A DNA stretch of 64,000 nucleotides. Source: an uncultured Chroococcidiopsis sp. (GTDB lineage Bacteria > Cyanobacteriota > Cyanobacteriia > Cyanobacteriales > Chroococcidiopsidaceae). The notes beneath the pieces are model-generated. The model made no database searches and was not told where the DNA came from. It saw nothing but the letters and a program-made list of their open reading frames with translations. The position numbers were made by a program, and so were the translations under genes. The stretch lies in the NCBI GenBank assembly GCA_964248365.1, contig CAXTYC010000007.1, positions 28,552-92,551 of the forward strand, read 5' to 3'. This document shows, piece by piece, positions 53,976-64,000 of the stretch (positions within the stretch are counted from its first letter, which is position 1; each line of letters opens with the position of its first letter).

Positions 53976-54347
53976 ATGAGTTTGCAGCCAGGACAATTAG
54001 AGTTCAAGTTACAAAGTATTGCCACTGCTGTCCGTGCTTTGGCTGGGAGTTATCAGCAAGACAGTCAAGCTATTTTGGCTTTACTACGGCAGTTAGAGCA
54101 GTTGCATCGAGAAATTCGGGATGGGATGTTTCAAGCGTCTTTACCCGATAACCGTCAAGCTCTGTATGCGTTACTAAAGGATATTGAAAGCGAGGGTGGA
54201 TGGCCTTACATTGAGCGAATGAAACTGCAATCCTTTTTAGGCTACTTACATTCACAGATAGAGGCAGAAGATGGCGATCGCCAAAGCCTTGAAACAACTG
54301 CCAGTGATGGCACTGTAGAATTGTCAGATGAGCGATCGCAAGCTTAG
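53976..54347 (+). CDS. Hypothetical protein (likely conserved in cyanobacteria)
   Basis: LLRQLEQLHREIRD..FQASLPDNRQALY...GGWPYIERM. Confidence 0.8.
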   Translation: MSLQPGQLEFKLQSIATAVRALAGSYQQDSQAILALLRQLEQLHREIRDGMFQASLPDNRQALYALLKDIESEGGWPYIERMKLQSFLGYLHSQIEAEDGDRQSLETTASDGTVELSDERSQA

Positions 54348-54520
54348 CAATTTGTGCTGGGTAACCGACACGGTGCGATCGCATCCTAAGTGTTTATTTT
54401 TAACGTTAATCTAGTGATATCTGGTAGTCTAGCTATTTTAGCTAATCGCGGGTATCTAATCGCGGGAAATGGGAAATTTTGATCGATACTGGAACAAGAA
54501 GCTTTAAGCAGAACACAGCG

Positions 54521-55990
54521 ATGGAAATTCGAGCAACTAATACGCCACTCGTAGACTGGGCTGGGGATGCTCTTGCCCTAGGTTTATTTGAAGATGCTGT
54601 AGAGTTAACAGGTGAGCTAGCTGGGCTGAATGAAAGGAGCGCTGGTGTTTTAAACGAAGTGATTGCTGATACAGAATTTAAGGGTAAAGAAGGCAGCAGT
54701 ACATTTACACGGGTAGGCGGTGGTAATGTCCGCAAAGTGATTTTGGTGGGATTGGGCAAACCTGATAGCTCGAAGTTAGACAACTGGCGACGAGCAGGGG
54801 CTATTGTGGCGCGGTTAGCCAAAAAGGAAAAATGCAAGACTTTGGGAATTAGTTTGCCCGTGTGGAATAACGATCCGGCTGCAACGGCTAGGGCAATTGC
54901 CGAAGGCGTGCAACTGGCTTTATTCCAAGACAATCGCTTTAAATCGGAACCAGAAGAAAAACCACCAGAGGTAGAACGAGTAGATTTGCTGGGATTGGGC
55001 GATCAAGATGAAGCGATCGCCCGTGCTAATCAAATCTGTTCTGGTGTAATATTGGCACGGGAACTAGTAGCAGCCCCCGCCAATGTGGTAAATTCAGTCA
55101 CTATGGCAAAGACTGCCGAAGAAATCGCCTCTCAATATGGTCTAGAAGCAAAAATTCTAGAGTGGAAAGAGTGTGAAGAATTGAAAATGGGAGCGTTTTT
55201 AGGCGTTGCCCAAGCTTCTGACTTACCACCTAAATTTATTCACCTAACTTATAGACCAGAAGGTACACCTAAACGAAAGGTGGCAATTATTGGTAAAGGC
55301 TTAACTTTTGATTCTGGCGGTTTAAACATCAAGGGTGCTGGTAGTGGCATTGAAATGATGAAGATCGATATGGGCGGTGCAGCAGCCACTTTGGGAGCTG
55401 CTAAAGCGATCGCTCAGCTCAAGCCAGATGTGGAAGTACATTTTATCAGTGCTGTGACCGAAAACATGATCAGCGGTCGGGCAATCCATCCTGGGGATAT
55501 TCTCAAAGCCTCTAACGATAAAACCATCGAAGTTAACAACACCGATGCGGAAGGACGCTTAACCTTGGCAGATGCCCTAGTGTATGCCGAAAAACTAGAG
55601 CTAGATGCGATCGTTGATTTAGCAACCCTTACGGGTGCTTGTGTAATCGCTTTGGGCGATGACATTGCTGGTTTGTTCTCTCCCGATGATGCACTAGCTG
55701 CCCAGCTAGAAAAAGCCGCATCTGCCGCAGGAGAGAAAATCTGGCGGATGCCAATGGAAGAAAAATACTTTGAAGGGCTAAAATCTGGTATTGCCGACAT
55801 GAAAAACACAGGTCCCCGTCCTGGTGGCTCCATCACAGCGGCTCTATTCCTCAAGCAGTTCGTCAACAAAACCCCTTGGGCGCACCTAGATGTTGCAGGT
55901 CCAGTCTGGACAGAAAAAGACAACCCCTATGGTTCAGGAGCGACTGGATTTGGTGTCCGTACACTGGTGAATTGGGTGCTGAGCGACTAA
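54521..55990 (+). CDS. pepA: Leucyl aminopeptidase
   Basis: [32 protein letters not shown]. Confidence 0.97.
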   Translation: MEIRATNTPLVDWAGDALALGLFEDAVELTGELAGLNERSAGVLNEVIADTEFKGKEGSSTFTRVGGGNVRKVILVGLGKPDSSKLDNWRRAGAIVARLAKKEKCKTLGISLPVWNNDPAATARAIAEGVQLALFQDNRFKSEPEEKPPEVERVDLLGLGDQDEAIARANQICSGVILARELVAAPANVVNSVTMAKTAEEIASQYGLEAKILEWKECEELKMGAFLGVAQASDLPPKFIHLTYRPEGTPKRKVAIIGKGLTFDSGGLNIKGAGSGIEMMKIDMGGAAATLGAAKAIAQLKPDVEVHFISAVTENMISGRAIHPGDILKASNDKTIEVNNTDAEGRLTLADALVYAEKLELDAIVDLATLTGACVIALGDDIAGLFSPDDALAAQLEKAASAAGEKIWRMPMEEKYFEGLKSGIADMKNTGPRPGGSITAALFLKQFVNKTPWAHLDVAGPVWTEKDNPYGSGATGFGVRTLVNWVLSD

Positions 55991-56197
55991 TTAGAGGCGC
56001 TATAGCTAGAGGAAGCGCGGGGCTAGAGGCTAGAAAAAGGCAGAGGGGCAAGGGGGACTCGGAGTCCCCGGTTCCGAAGGAACTGGGGATAGGGGGGGAA
56101 GAGGGGGCTGGGGGGAAATCTATTGCAGTTCTCCCCCTTGCTCCCCTGCTCCCCTGCTCCCACAGCGCCCCACAGCGAACCCTGCTCCCCTTGTTCC

Positions 56198-56389
56198 TTA
56201 GCTCCCGTCTTTTGGTTTTTGTTCTCCTTCCATCGCCTGTTGAATTACTGGACTATCGAGCAGTTCTTTTGCCATGTCCATAAATTTCAGGCTGTCTGGA
56301 TGGACAGTCCGACGCTGCAACATTGGAATTTCTTCAGCATCAGAGGGATTGTTGTTGGGTATCGCTGGGCGATCTTCTTCTGAGTACAT
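56198..56389 (-). CDS. Small hypothetical protein
   Basis: 63-aa ATG ORF downstream of cysQ. Confidence 0.45.
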   Translation of the reverse strand: MYSEEDRPAIPNNNPSDAEEIPMLQRRTVHPDSLKFMDMAKELLDSPVIQQAMEGEQKPKDGS

Positions 56390-56512
56390 AATTCTGAGTT
56401 GAACTCGCCATTTACAGAATTGTATCGAGTTTTATCCTGAATCACATCTTGCTTCCAGGTAGAGTCAAAGGAGGGAGAACAGGGATACAGCAGTTCTGTG
56501 GGGGTAACTAAC

Positions 56513-57370
56513 TTACTTGCTTTCTAGTTCTGATAAAATTCTTGCTGCTTCTGCACAAAGTTCGGCATGACGTTGACCGTTACTAGCAAGTAAACCACCC
56601 CATTGATTTACATCTTCCTGGTTGTACATCAAAGGAGTACCATCAAAATGAGTGAACTTGCCCCCAGCTTCTGTTAAAATTAGCTCTGGAGCGGCTAAGT
56701 CCCAATCTTTAGGAGCAGATTTACCGGATAGGGAAATATAAATATCTGCCTGCTGTTCGACAATCGTGGCAATTTTGCAGCCGATACTACCAATGAATTT
56801 TTGATTTTTACAAGGTAGCTGCTGCAATAGCTGGTTAAATCTTTCATCTCGGTGAGAGCGGCTGACAACTAAGGTAAAGTCTTCAATTACATTGCGATTT
56901 GATACCTCTAAACGGGTGATTTTACCATCACGAGTTTCTACAAATGTCCCGCCGCCTAAAGTTGCATAATATAATTTTTCAGCTTCAGGATAAGCAACTA
57001 CTGCTACTACGGGGCGGCTGTTCTTAACTAGTGCAATGTGAATCGCATATTCTCCAGTTTTTTCAATAAAGTCTCGCGTTCCATCCAAGGGATCAATTAT
57101 CCATACCCAAGGTTGACTGTGCGAATATGCTTGACTTTTATAAGTTTCTTCACTGATATAGGCAAATTCTTGTTCGCCTAAGTTGGTTTGTAGTCTATCG
57201 AGTATGTAATGATTGACAGCTAGATCAGCGGATGTTACGGGATCGCCTTGTTTATCTTGAATTTCTAAGTTGGCGTTTTGAAACTGACTAGTATAGTAAG
57301 AACGTAGCAGGTAGGATGCTCCCCAGCCAACAGAACGGGCGATCGCCAGTAGATCTTCTAAAGATTGCAT
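56513..57370 (-). CDS. cysQ: 3'(2'),5'-bisphosphate nucleotidase
   Basis: PVTSAD, SEE, WIIDPLDGTRDF, WDLAAP. Confidence 0.9.
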   Translation of the reverse strand: MQSLEDLLAIARSVGWGASYLLRSYYTSQFQNANLEIQDKQGDPVTSADLAVNHYILDRLQTNLGEQEFAYISEETYKSQAYSHSQPWVWIIDPLDGTRDFIEKTGEYAIHIALVKNSRPVVAVVAYPEAEKLYYATLGGGTFVETRDGKITRLEVSNRNVIEDFTLVVSRSHRDERFNQLLQQLPCKNQKFIGSIGCKIATIVEQQADIYISLSGKSAPKDWDLAAPELILTEAGGKFTHFDGTPLMYNQEDVNQWGGLLASNGQRHAELCAEAARILSELESK

Positions 57371-57405
57371 ATACTTCTCAAGTGTATAATTATTCTACGA
57401 ATTTA

Positions 57406-58293
57406 TTATGTATGCATCCATTGCCGTGTGCCAAAAAATTGACAAGCATAGGAAGCAATATTAGCGGATTTTGCTAGGGCATTGGTAAAATTGTCTTTGA
57501 GAATGTAATAACAAAAAGCACCGTGAAAAATATCACCAGCCCCTAAAGTATCAACCGAATTAATTTGTGGAACCTCTAAAGATTTGATCTTACCTTCACA
57601 AAGGAATTGAATTGGTTTTTCTCCTTGGGTAATGGCAATGTAAGGAATACTAAACTGGGAAAGATAGGTAAATACTTCATCTGTGGTGTGGCAATTGGGA
57701 GGATAGAAATTAGCTGAACAAATGGCGTAATCAACAAAAGGCAAAACTTTTTCAAACCCAGGCTTCCAACTCCCACCATCGATGACAACTGGAATATTAC
57801 TGGCTTTAGCAAGACGAGCGATCGCTTCTCCCACAGCCATTTGATGTCCATCAATCAGTACAATATCAACTGATTGCAAAAGATCAGCAAGAATTTGATC
57901 GGGTTCAACTTGGTTTTTAACTGCATTGATAGAAATTACAGCCCGTTCCCCCCCAGGTGAGACAATGATAGAAGAAATTGGCGGTGGTTGAATTTGTCCA
58001 GGTGCAAGATCGGCGATCGCTACTCCATAACTTTCTAAATCTGTTCGGATCAGCTGGGTAATAGGATCAGCACCCACTATACCCAACAGCGTAGCCTGAT
58101 TTCCCAGATGGCTGAAGGTGACAGCAGCATTAGTTGCGGGACCCCCAGCACAAACAATATAGTCAGAGGCGACAATTTTTTGGTTACTCTGAGGGGCGTA
58201 TTCTGCCAAGTAGACCATATCCAAGGTGACTAAACCAACGAACAACCCGTGTGGGGATTTTAGGTTTTGGATTTTGGGTTTTGGATTAAACAT
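57406..58293 (-). CDS. PfkB-family carbohydrate kinase
   Basis: GGPATNAA, DTLGAGDIFHG. Confidence 0.92.
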   Translation of the reverse strand: MFNPKPKIQNLKSPHGLFVGLVTLDMVYLAEYAPQSNQKIVASDYIVCAGGPATNAAVTFSHLGNQATLLGIVGADPITQLIRTDLESYGVAIADLAPGQIQPPPISSIIVSPGGERAVISINAVKNQVEPDQILADLLQSVDIVLIDGHQMAVGEAIARLAKASNIPVVIDGGSWKPGFEKVLPFVDYAICSANFYPPNCHTTDEVFTYLSQFSIPYIAITQGEKPIQFLCEGKIKSLEVPQINSVDTLGAGDIFHGAFCYYILKDNFTNALAKSANIASYACQFFGTRQWMHT

Positions 58294-58387
58294 TTGTCTT
58301 GTTGTCTTTATCCCCCTATCTTTTATATTCTGATTCCTTTACGGGGACACAGCTAAACCGCTACAACTGTTCACCTTCTTGATGAGA

Positions 58388-59269
58388 ATGACACAGCCAA
58401 AACCAGGAACACTTTATATAGTAGGGACACCCATTGGTAATCTGGAAGATATGACCTTCCGAGCAGTGCGGATTTTGCAATCAGTAGATCTAATTGCAGC
58501 AGAAGATACACGTCATACAGGAAAACTCCTACAACACTTTCAGATTACAGCACCGCAACTGAGTTATCACGATCACAATCGCAACAGCCGCATTGGTGAA
58601 TTATTAGAAAAGTTGCATCAAGGAAGTGCGATCGCTCTTGTTTCAGATGCGGGTATGCCAGGAATCTCCGATCCTGGGTATGAACTAGTTAAAGCCTGTA
58701 TAGAAGCTGGGATAACAGTAGTGCCAATTCCAGGCGCTAGTGCAGCAATTACCGCCTTGAGTGCATCTGGACTGGCGACAGATAGGTTTGTGTTTGAAGG
58801 GTTTTTACCAGCCAAAGGAAAAGAGCGAAAAGAGCGCCTAGAATTTCTCACCTCAGAAAAGCGCACCATAATTTTCTACGAAGCTCCCCATCGATTGCGC
58901 CAAACTTTAAAAGATTTAGGCGAGGTTTTGGGAACACAAAGGCAAATAGTGCTGGCTAGGGAATTAACTAAATTGTACGAGGAATTCTGGCGAGGCAATA
59001 TTGGAGAAGCGATCGCATTGTACGGACAAGGTAAAGCAATGCAACAACAGCAACGGGAACCCCAAGGAGAATATACCCTAGTAGTAGCGGGAACGCCCCC
59101 AGTCAAACCTCAATTATCAGAAGCAGAATTGAAATCTGAATTACACCAATTGATGGCTGCTGGAATTTCGCGATCCCAAGCTAGTCGTCAACTGGCAAAA
59201 GTAACTTCTGTCTCTCGTAGTCAACTTTATCAGTTAGCTCTGACTCTTCCCGCTATTGATAATTCTTAA
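58388..59269 (+). CDS. rsmI: 16S rRNA C1402 2'-O-methyltransferase
   Basis: TPIGNLEDMT, AEDTR, SDAGMPGISDPG, ARELTK. Confidence 0.97.
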   Translation: MTQPKPGTLYIVGTPIGNLEDMTFRAVRILQSVDLIAAEDTRHTGKLLQHFQITAPQLSYHDHNRNSRIGELLEKLHQGSAIALVSDAGMPGISDPGYELVKACIEAGITVVPIPGASAAITALSASGLATDRFVFEGFLPAKGKERKERLEFLTSEKRTIIFYEAPHRLRQTLKDLGEVLGTQRQIVLARELTKLYEEFWRGNIGEAIALYGQGKAMQQQQREPQGEYTLVVAGTPPVKPQLSEAELKSELHQLMAAGISRSQASRQLAKVTSVSRSQLYQLALTLPAIDNS

Positions 59270-59419
59270 GATTGAGGAGACCCACGACAGAAGACAGAAG
59301 TATGAAGTCTGAAGTATAAAGTCTGAAGTGTGAATCAATTATCAATTGTTCATTGTTCATTGATAATTGATTCCCTCGTCCCTTTTACCTTTTCCCTTTT
59401 CCCTTTTCCCTTTCCCCTT

Positions 59420-60070
59420 CTATACCGCCGATTTACGGCTACCCCGCCGTAGCAAAAACCCAGTTCCGATCATGCCTATACCTACCAACGTTCCATTAGT
59501 GCTTGGTTCTGGCACTTTTTCTGATGCCTGAAAAGAGCCATTCACTACAGCTTGACCTATTATGGGAGCAGTTGGATCGGGGCTGAGTGTGTAGCTATCG
59601 GAAAGAGTCAGTGTTCCCGCAGCACCGTTGAATCTGCCCGTACCGCCAGTGATAGTTATAGTACCAAAAGCAGACGCTGTGAGGTTTTGTAAGTCAGATG
59701 AAGCAGTAGCGGTACTGGTTCCGATTAAACTATCATCGCCGCTGCCAAAAAACCTGTCAGTTAGAATTGGTAAGCCTTCTAAACCGAATGCTGCTGCGTC
59801 TGGGCCAGAGGTGGACACACCAGTAACGGGGTCAAGCTGAGCGTAGTTCATGCTTGTCAGGTTAGTTAAACTGTAGGGGGCATTATCACTCTTACCTATG
59901 ACATTTACAAGTGAGATACCAGGTGCGATTTCTTTAGAGGTGACTTCTAGGTTGTAGACTGCTTCAAACGGATAGGTAGTCTGCGCGATCGCCTTCACCC
60001 CACCTAATCCAAAGCCGATCAATGTCAGCGCTGCTGTAACAAACCCTACATTCTGTAAGCGAAGTTTCAT
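59420..60070 (-). CDS. PEP-CTERM sorting-domain protein
   Basis: Signal peptide; ITGGTGRF; C-terminal VPEPS + TM + RR. Confidence 0.9.
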   Translation of the reverse strand: MKLRLQNVGFVTAALTLIGFGLGGVKAIAQTTYPFEAVYNLEVTSKEIAPGISLVNVIGKSDNAPYSLTNLTSMNYAQLDPVTGVSTSGPDAAAFGLEGLPILTDRFFGSGDDSLIGTSTATASSDLQNLTASAFGTITITGGTGRFNGAAGTLTLSDSYTLSPDPTAPIIGQAVVNGSFQASEKVPEPSTNGTLVGIGMIGTGFLLRRGSRKSAV

Positions 60071-60448
60071 TTTCGTTCCTCTTAGTAGTAAGAAGTGCTA
60101 TTTTTGACAATTATTTTCTGGTAACTAAACCATAAATTGCCAAATGGCTATTTATTCTCGCTTCAGATTACCACGAAAGATTGCACCCACTTAGTAGCGA
60201 AGTATCATATCAATTCGTTACTCTACTTAGCCCAGACTTACAAAAGTCGTATTTTTACGCTTTGATAGTTTTTCAGGAATTCTTAATTATTTAACTTAAA
60301 TAGTTAAAATCCGTCTTGTTGTGAATTGAGCAAACAGTTGATTTTGTTCTGGCAGGAATTTAGGTAGAAACTACGAGGTGTCCTGCTAAAAACTAAGTCA
60401 AGCTAATTAGAGAAGTTAGGTGTGATCGCCACAATAAATTAAGTTAGT

Positions 60449-60769
60449 ATGACTAGAGTGCTAGGTATTATTTTAATCATTGCTGGAATTTACTTTCTAG
60501 GTCAAAATATAATCTTTGCTACTACTTACTACTTCAGTCTACCTGCTGTAGGTTCAGTTTTATCAATTATTGCTGGTATTATTGCTTTAGTATTTTTCCC
60601 AAGAGAAACTGGCAACTTGGGATGGATTTTTTTTGGCATCGGTATTGTACTAGTTTTCTTTAGCAGTGGAGTTATTTTAAAACCAACTAGCCTATGGAAC
60701 TTCTTAGTTTCGTTTACTGCTCTAGCTGTAGGTTATAAACTGCTAAATAGGAGTAGGTTTAGATTTTAG
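60449..60769 (+). CDS. Small four-TM membrane protein
   Basis: Four hydrophobic segments in 106 aa. Confidence 0.8.
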   Translation: MTRVLGIILIIAGIYFLGQNIIFATTYYFSLPAVGSVLSIIAGIIALVFFPRETGNLGWIFFGIGIVLVFFSSGVILKPTSLWNFLVSFTALAVGYKLLNRSRFRF

Positions 60770-60903
60770 GAAAGTAATTTCAATAGTAGCCCAGCAATGC
60801 CCACCATGCTACTGATAACTAGTTTTCAGACTTTCGTTACCAAGCCTTGACCTGGTAACGAGAAATAGGGATGCTCTGCATCCAACTACAGTCTACGATC
60901 TTG

Positions 60904-61725
60904 CTACTTAGATGGTTTCAAACTAGAGAACTCACAAATAGAATTAAATGAGCAATATCGGCAGTGATAACCTGGATTTGCTGGAAAAATTTTACTGAAT
61001 TTACTTGGATTTTCTAGATATTTTTTTACATCTTGCTGGTGTTTTTGAGCCACCGTTGCTAGCGTAGTTTCAATCGCGTCTAATTGATTAGAACTTACTT
61101 CAATCAGCGCTGATTTTTTACACTGTTCTAAATTATAAAATGAAGCTACTGCTTGATATTTGGGATAAAGATAACGAGCTGCTACTAAATAAACTAATGC
61201 TTGCCGACGATCAAAAGCAGATTTACCAGTTTTGAAATCTAAAATATGTAGTGTCCGGTCTGATTCGGTAAATACACAATCCATCGTGGCATATAGCCGA
61301 AAATGGTAATTCTGCTGTGCAATCAAAATTGGTCTAGGAAAACCTTCTTCACCACTAGTCAATTCAATAATCTGTTTTCCCTCTAAAAATGGATCTTTAT
61401 GATAGTTTTTCAGAATTTGTATCACTCGTTGCTGAATTTCAGCGGCTAATACGCCAAGTTTCAGCATCTTGGCGATTCTTTCTACGCCGTCTGGCTGAGT
61501 CAACAACTGGTGATGGTGATGAAATTCATAAACGCCTTTTTGGGCTAGTAAACCAATCCGCTGGGGAATGCTAGCATGAGCCAATAATGCCTTAACCGTT
61601 GGTTCTTTTTGCCGTGCTTTGATAAATCCCCGCTTCATTTGACAATGCCAGCGTTCTTGCCCCACTGCTGGGACAACTAAAGACCACAGGTGATAACTAG
61701 CAAAGGGTTGCCCAAAAATTGGCAT
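60904..61725 (-). CDS. PD-(D/E)XK nuclease, Cas4/AddB-like with putative 4Fe-4S ligands
   Basis: MDCV...ILDFKTG catalytic motifs, QALVY, N-terminal C (WHCQ) and C-terminal CRYCSFNSIC. Confidence 0.85.
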   Translation of the reverse strand: MPIFGQPFASYHLWSLVVPAVGQERWHCQMKRGFIKARQKEPTVKALLAHASIPQRIGLLAQKGVYEFHHHHQLLTQPDGVERIAKMLKLGVLAAEIQQRVIQILKNYHKDPFLEGKQIIELTSGEEGFPRPILIAQQNYHFRLYATMDCVFTESDRTLHILDFKTGKSAFDRRQALVYLVAARYLYPKYQAVASFYNLEQCKKSALIEVSSNQLDAIETTLATVAQKHQQDVKKYLENPSKFSKIFPANPGYHCRYCSFNSICEFSSLKPSK

Positions 61726-62316
61726 CGCTGTTGAACCAGTGAAAACGCAGGTCGAAGCAAGAAGCAGACTATACTATTAATGATGAAGAGAAAATGGCAA
61801 GATTGGCAAACTTATGAGTCTTGGTAGCAAAAGGGACAAAATCAATTTGACACTGATTGATAGCTGGGAATTATTGTCAATGAATTGACCATCCCCAAGC
61901 TTGGGATGATACAGGCGATCGCTTATTACTTAGAAACAGCCTGTACCAAAGACAGAATACCTATCTTCAAAGCTGAAAAGTCCGCCTTAGTTCTTGTACT
62001 GACACAAGCAGATTGGACTGTAAAAATTACGCCAGCCGGATTGCCCCACTCTAGTAATTAGTTACAATACCCCTTACCTAAATTGTGCTGGGGGATTAAT
62101 ATTCGCCACCAGCCCTAGTCCAGTTCTATACTGTAAAATTAAGTATATTCCACAACTTGTGCTAGTTCTGCCACTCCTTACATGACTGATACTATTGTGG
62201 CAAAAATTGCTGGAGCAGATGATAATCCACCTGGCAATAGCTTTTGATCCTATTAAAATATATGAAATTTAGCATTTAGCTAACAGCGCGCCAGCTAATT
62301 GCTAATCGCTATAAAT

Positions 62317-62583
62317 ATGAAAACTCTTGCTAATTTGCTTACGTTGATAGTTTTGGCAGCCTGGGTAGTGGCGATCGCTATCCTCTCCGTCCAAAACGCC
62401 ACCCCAGTATCTCTAAAATTTCTTTCCTTCCAGTCAATTCAACTGCCTGTGGGTTTAGTGTTAGCCTTTAGTGCGGGTTTAGGGATAATTGGTATAGCAC
62501 TAACCCAACCTTTATGGAGTCTAGGTAGTTCTGGGAATCAATCAGACAATGACCTAGATGATGATTTTTCCTTTGATGAATAA
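62317..62583 (+). CDS. LapA/DUF1049-family membrane protein
   Basis: AILSVQNATPVSLKFL..LPVGLVL. Confidence 0.82.
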   Translation: MKTLANLLTLIVLAAWVVAIAILSVQNATPVSLKFLSFQSIQLPVGLVLAFSAGLGIIGIALTQPLWSLGSSGNQSDNDLDDDFSFDE

Positions 62584-62771
62584 GAAAGGGGCTGGAGACT
62601 GGGGGCTAGGGACTAGGGGAACTAGAAGAAAGAAAAAGGTAAAAGGGAAAGGGGAAAAGGTAAAAGGGTAAAGAGGTATTGCGGTAAAGGAGACCCACGA
62701 CCCACGACAGAATATTTAATTCTTTCATCTCCCCTGAATGCCGCCAAAAGCCCCCCTGCTCCCCTGCTTCC

Positions 62772-63260
62772 CTAATGTGAGTCTTGTTGGTAGGTTTGAG
62801 CATAACGCCGTTCTGGATCGATGCCTTTAAATGTGGGTGGTAACCAAACTCGAACTACCAACAGTGCTGCTAGAACCATTAAAAAGGCACAAGCGGCTAA
62901 CATTTGGCTCCAAGGTACTTCCAACACTCCCCGTACAATCACTTCTCGTAGCACAGATACTATAGATACTTCTACCGCTACGCCAATAGATACCCGCTGT
63001 TCTTGCAAGTAAATAATCAGTAGTCGAAACAACTCGACCAAAATCAACAAAAATAGAATATCTGCCGTCACAGCGTGGAAGTTTACAGGAGGCAGCATCA
63101 GCAAGAATATTCCTCTTAGCTGGATCACCATGACGCAGAACAGACCGATACACAGAGAAACTACAATTAAATCTTGAATGGTTTCAAGGCTACGTATGAG
63201 CAAATTACGATTCAAGGTTTCATACCAGGGACTTAATGGGTTCTTCAAAGGCTGCTGCAT
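62772..63260 (-). CDS. PsiE-family membrane protein
   Basis: DILFLLILVELFRLLIIYL, IVSVLREVI. Confidence 0.85.
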   Translation of the reverse strand: MQQPLKNPLSPWYETLNRNLLIRSLETIQDLIVVSLCIGLFCVMVIQLRGIFLLMLPPVNFHAVTADILFLLILVELFRLLIIYLQEQRVSIGVAVEVSIVSVLREVIVRGVLEVPWSQMLAACAFLMVLAALLVVRVWLPPTFKGIDPERRYAQTYQQDSH

Positions 63261-63497
63261 CTAAAACTTCTCCTGTCTGTGTCATTGGTTTTTCATTATG
63301 CTTAGAATACCTTATAGTAAAACTTTTTAACATCAAAATATATTATGCAAATAATCATTTCAACTCAAGAGTGTTTCCAACCGATTTGACAAACTTATAG
63401 ATTTTTGGGTTTTAAACAATGTAACCACCCTAAGACAGATTCTTTGCAAGGCGCTTCGATGATTTGATAAGAAAAAAGTTTTTTGAGGCTAAATTTT

Positions 63498-64000
63498 ATG
63501 AAAGCTCGATACCTAACTTTTATTGGTACGGCGATCGCTATAGCAATCAGCAATAGTGCTGTTGCCCAATCAAGTACCATACCTGGAGAAATCAAGCTTT
63601 CACAAGCACAAACTGGTTCCCCTCAAACTCCGGCTCAACCAAATTCCAGCCCCTCTACTAACACTGCTCCCGCACCAAGAGCAGTACCACCACAAACTCA
63701 ACAAGCTCCCCAGACTCAAGTAAGTCAAGCGGAACTGCAAAAGTTTGCTAACGCTGTCAAAAAGATACAGCCAATTCAACAGCAAGCTCAGACACAGGTA
63801 GCGCAAGTAATTAAGCAGCAAAACCTGAGCGAACAAAGGTTCGGGGAAATTTATCAATCTCAACGAAATCCTCAAGCACAGCCAACGGCAAAAGTTACCC
63901 CAGAAGAAAAGAAAAAATTTGAACAAGCCAGCGCTCAAATTCAGAAGATTCAAGAAACAACTCAGTCAAAAATGGAGCAAGCTGTTCGGGGCGAAGGGCT
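63498..64000 (+). CDS. DUF4168-type secreted protein (partial, runs off the window)
   Basis: Manual translation from ATG 63498: signal peptide, Q/P-rich linker, VSQAELQKFANAV...NLSEQRFGEIYQSQ; not in the ORF track. Confidence 0.8.
   Translation, partial: MKARYLTFIGTAIAIAISNSAVAQSSTIPGEIKLSQAQTGSPQTPAQPNSSPSTNTAPAPRAVPPQTQQAPQTQVSQAELQKFANAVKKIQPIQQQAQTQVAQVIKQQNLSEQRFGEIYQSQRNPQAQPTAKVTPEEKKKFEQASAQIQKIQETTQSKMEQAVRGEG

Noticed and set aside
55876..56383. Plus-strand ORFs of 135 and 86 aa
   Set aside because: Translations of G/C-rich repeat DNA, overlapping pepA and the minus-strand ORF.
60904..61725. CRISPR adaptation gene cas4
   Set aside because: No cas1, cas2 or array nearby; kept only as a Cas4-like nuclease.
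61780..62250. Possible Argonaute remnant next to the Cas4-like nuclease
   Set aside because: The plus-strand frames I read gave only stop-interrupted peptides with no PIWI-like motif I could recognise, and the ORF track shows nothing on either strand.
63600..63953. 117-aa minus-strand ORF
   Set aside because: Antisense shadow of the plus-strand DUF4168-type gene starting at 63498.

Overview
Chromosomal window from a cyanobacterium: abundant HIP1 GCGATCGC octamers, STRR-type heptamer repeats, and psbO, cpcT, ycf54 and sigF. Bases 1-4475 hold the 5' part of a giant secreted adhesin-like gene (DUF4347, beta-helix repeats, five ~157-aa tandem repeats, Ig/cadherin-like domain) that the ORF track missed because it runs off the window. 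Bases ~4950-19600 are a tRNA-Cys(GCA) integration hotspot carrying two tandem elements that appear to recombine in the anticodon loop from opposite sides. Element A (~12.6 kb) looks like a phage satellite/PICI: tyrosine integrase with an upstream LexA box, excisionase-like HTH, primase-DUF3987 helicase with internal iterons, a Mu gp27-like protein, a serine recombinase module and a PrsW-protease cargo pair; it duplicates the tRNA 3' half. Element B (~1.95 kb) contains only a broken integrase and duplicates the tRNA 5' half plus its promoter. The only intact tRNA-Cys sits between them, and both displaced halves are mutated in the anticodon loop. The remainder (19.7-64 kb) is mostly housekeeping (cpcT, pdxJ, ycf54, crtE, folD, mutS, ruvX, mltG, proB, hisS, sigF, psbO, pepA, cysQ, rsmI), plus a PhnD-like binding protein / heme-c-HAMP sensor / caspase-like protease cluster, an orphan Cas4-like nuclease, a candidate sRNA and many small palindromic repeats. 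All family assignments come from motif recognition by eye; no searches were run.
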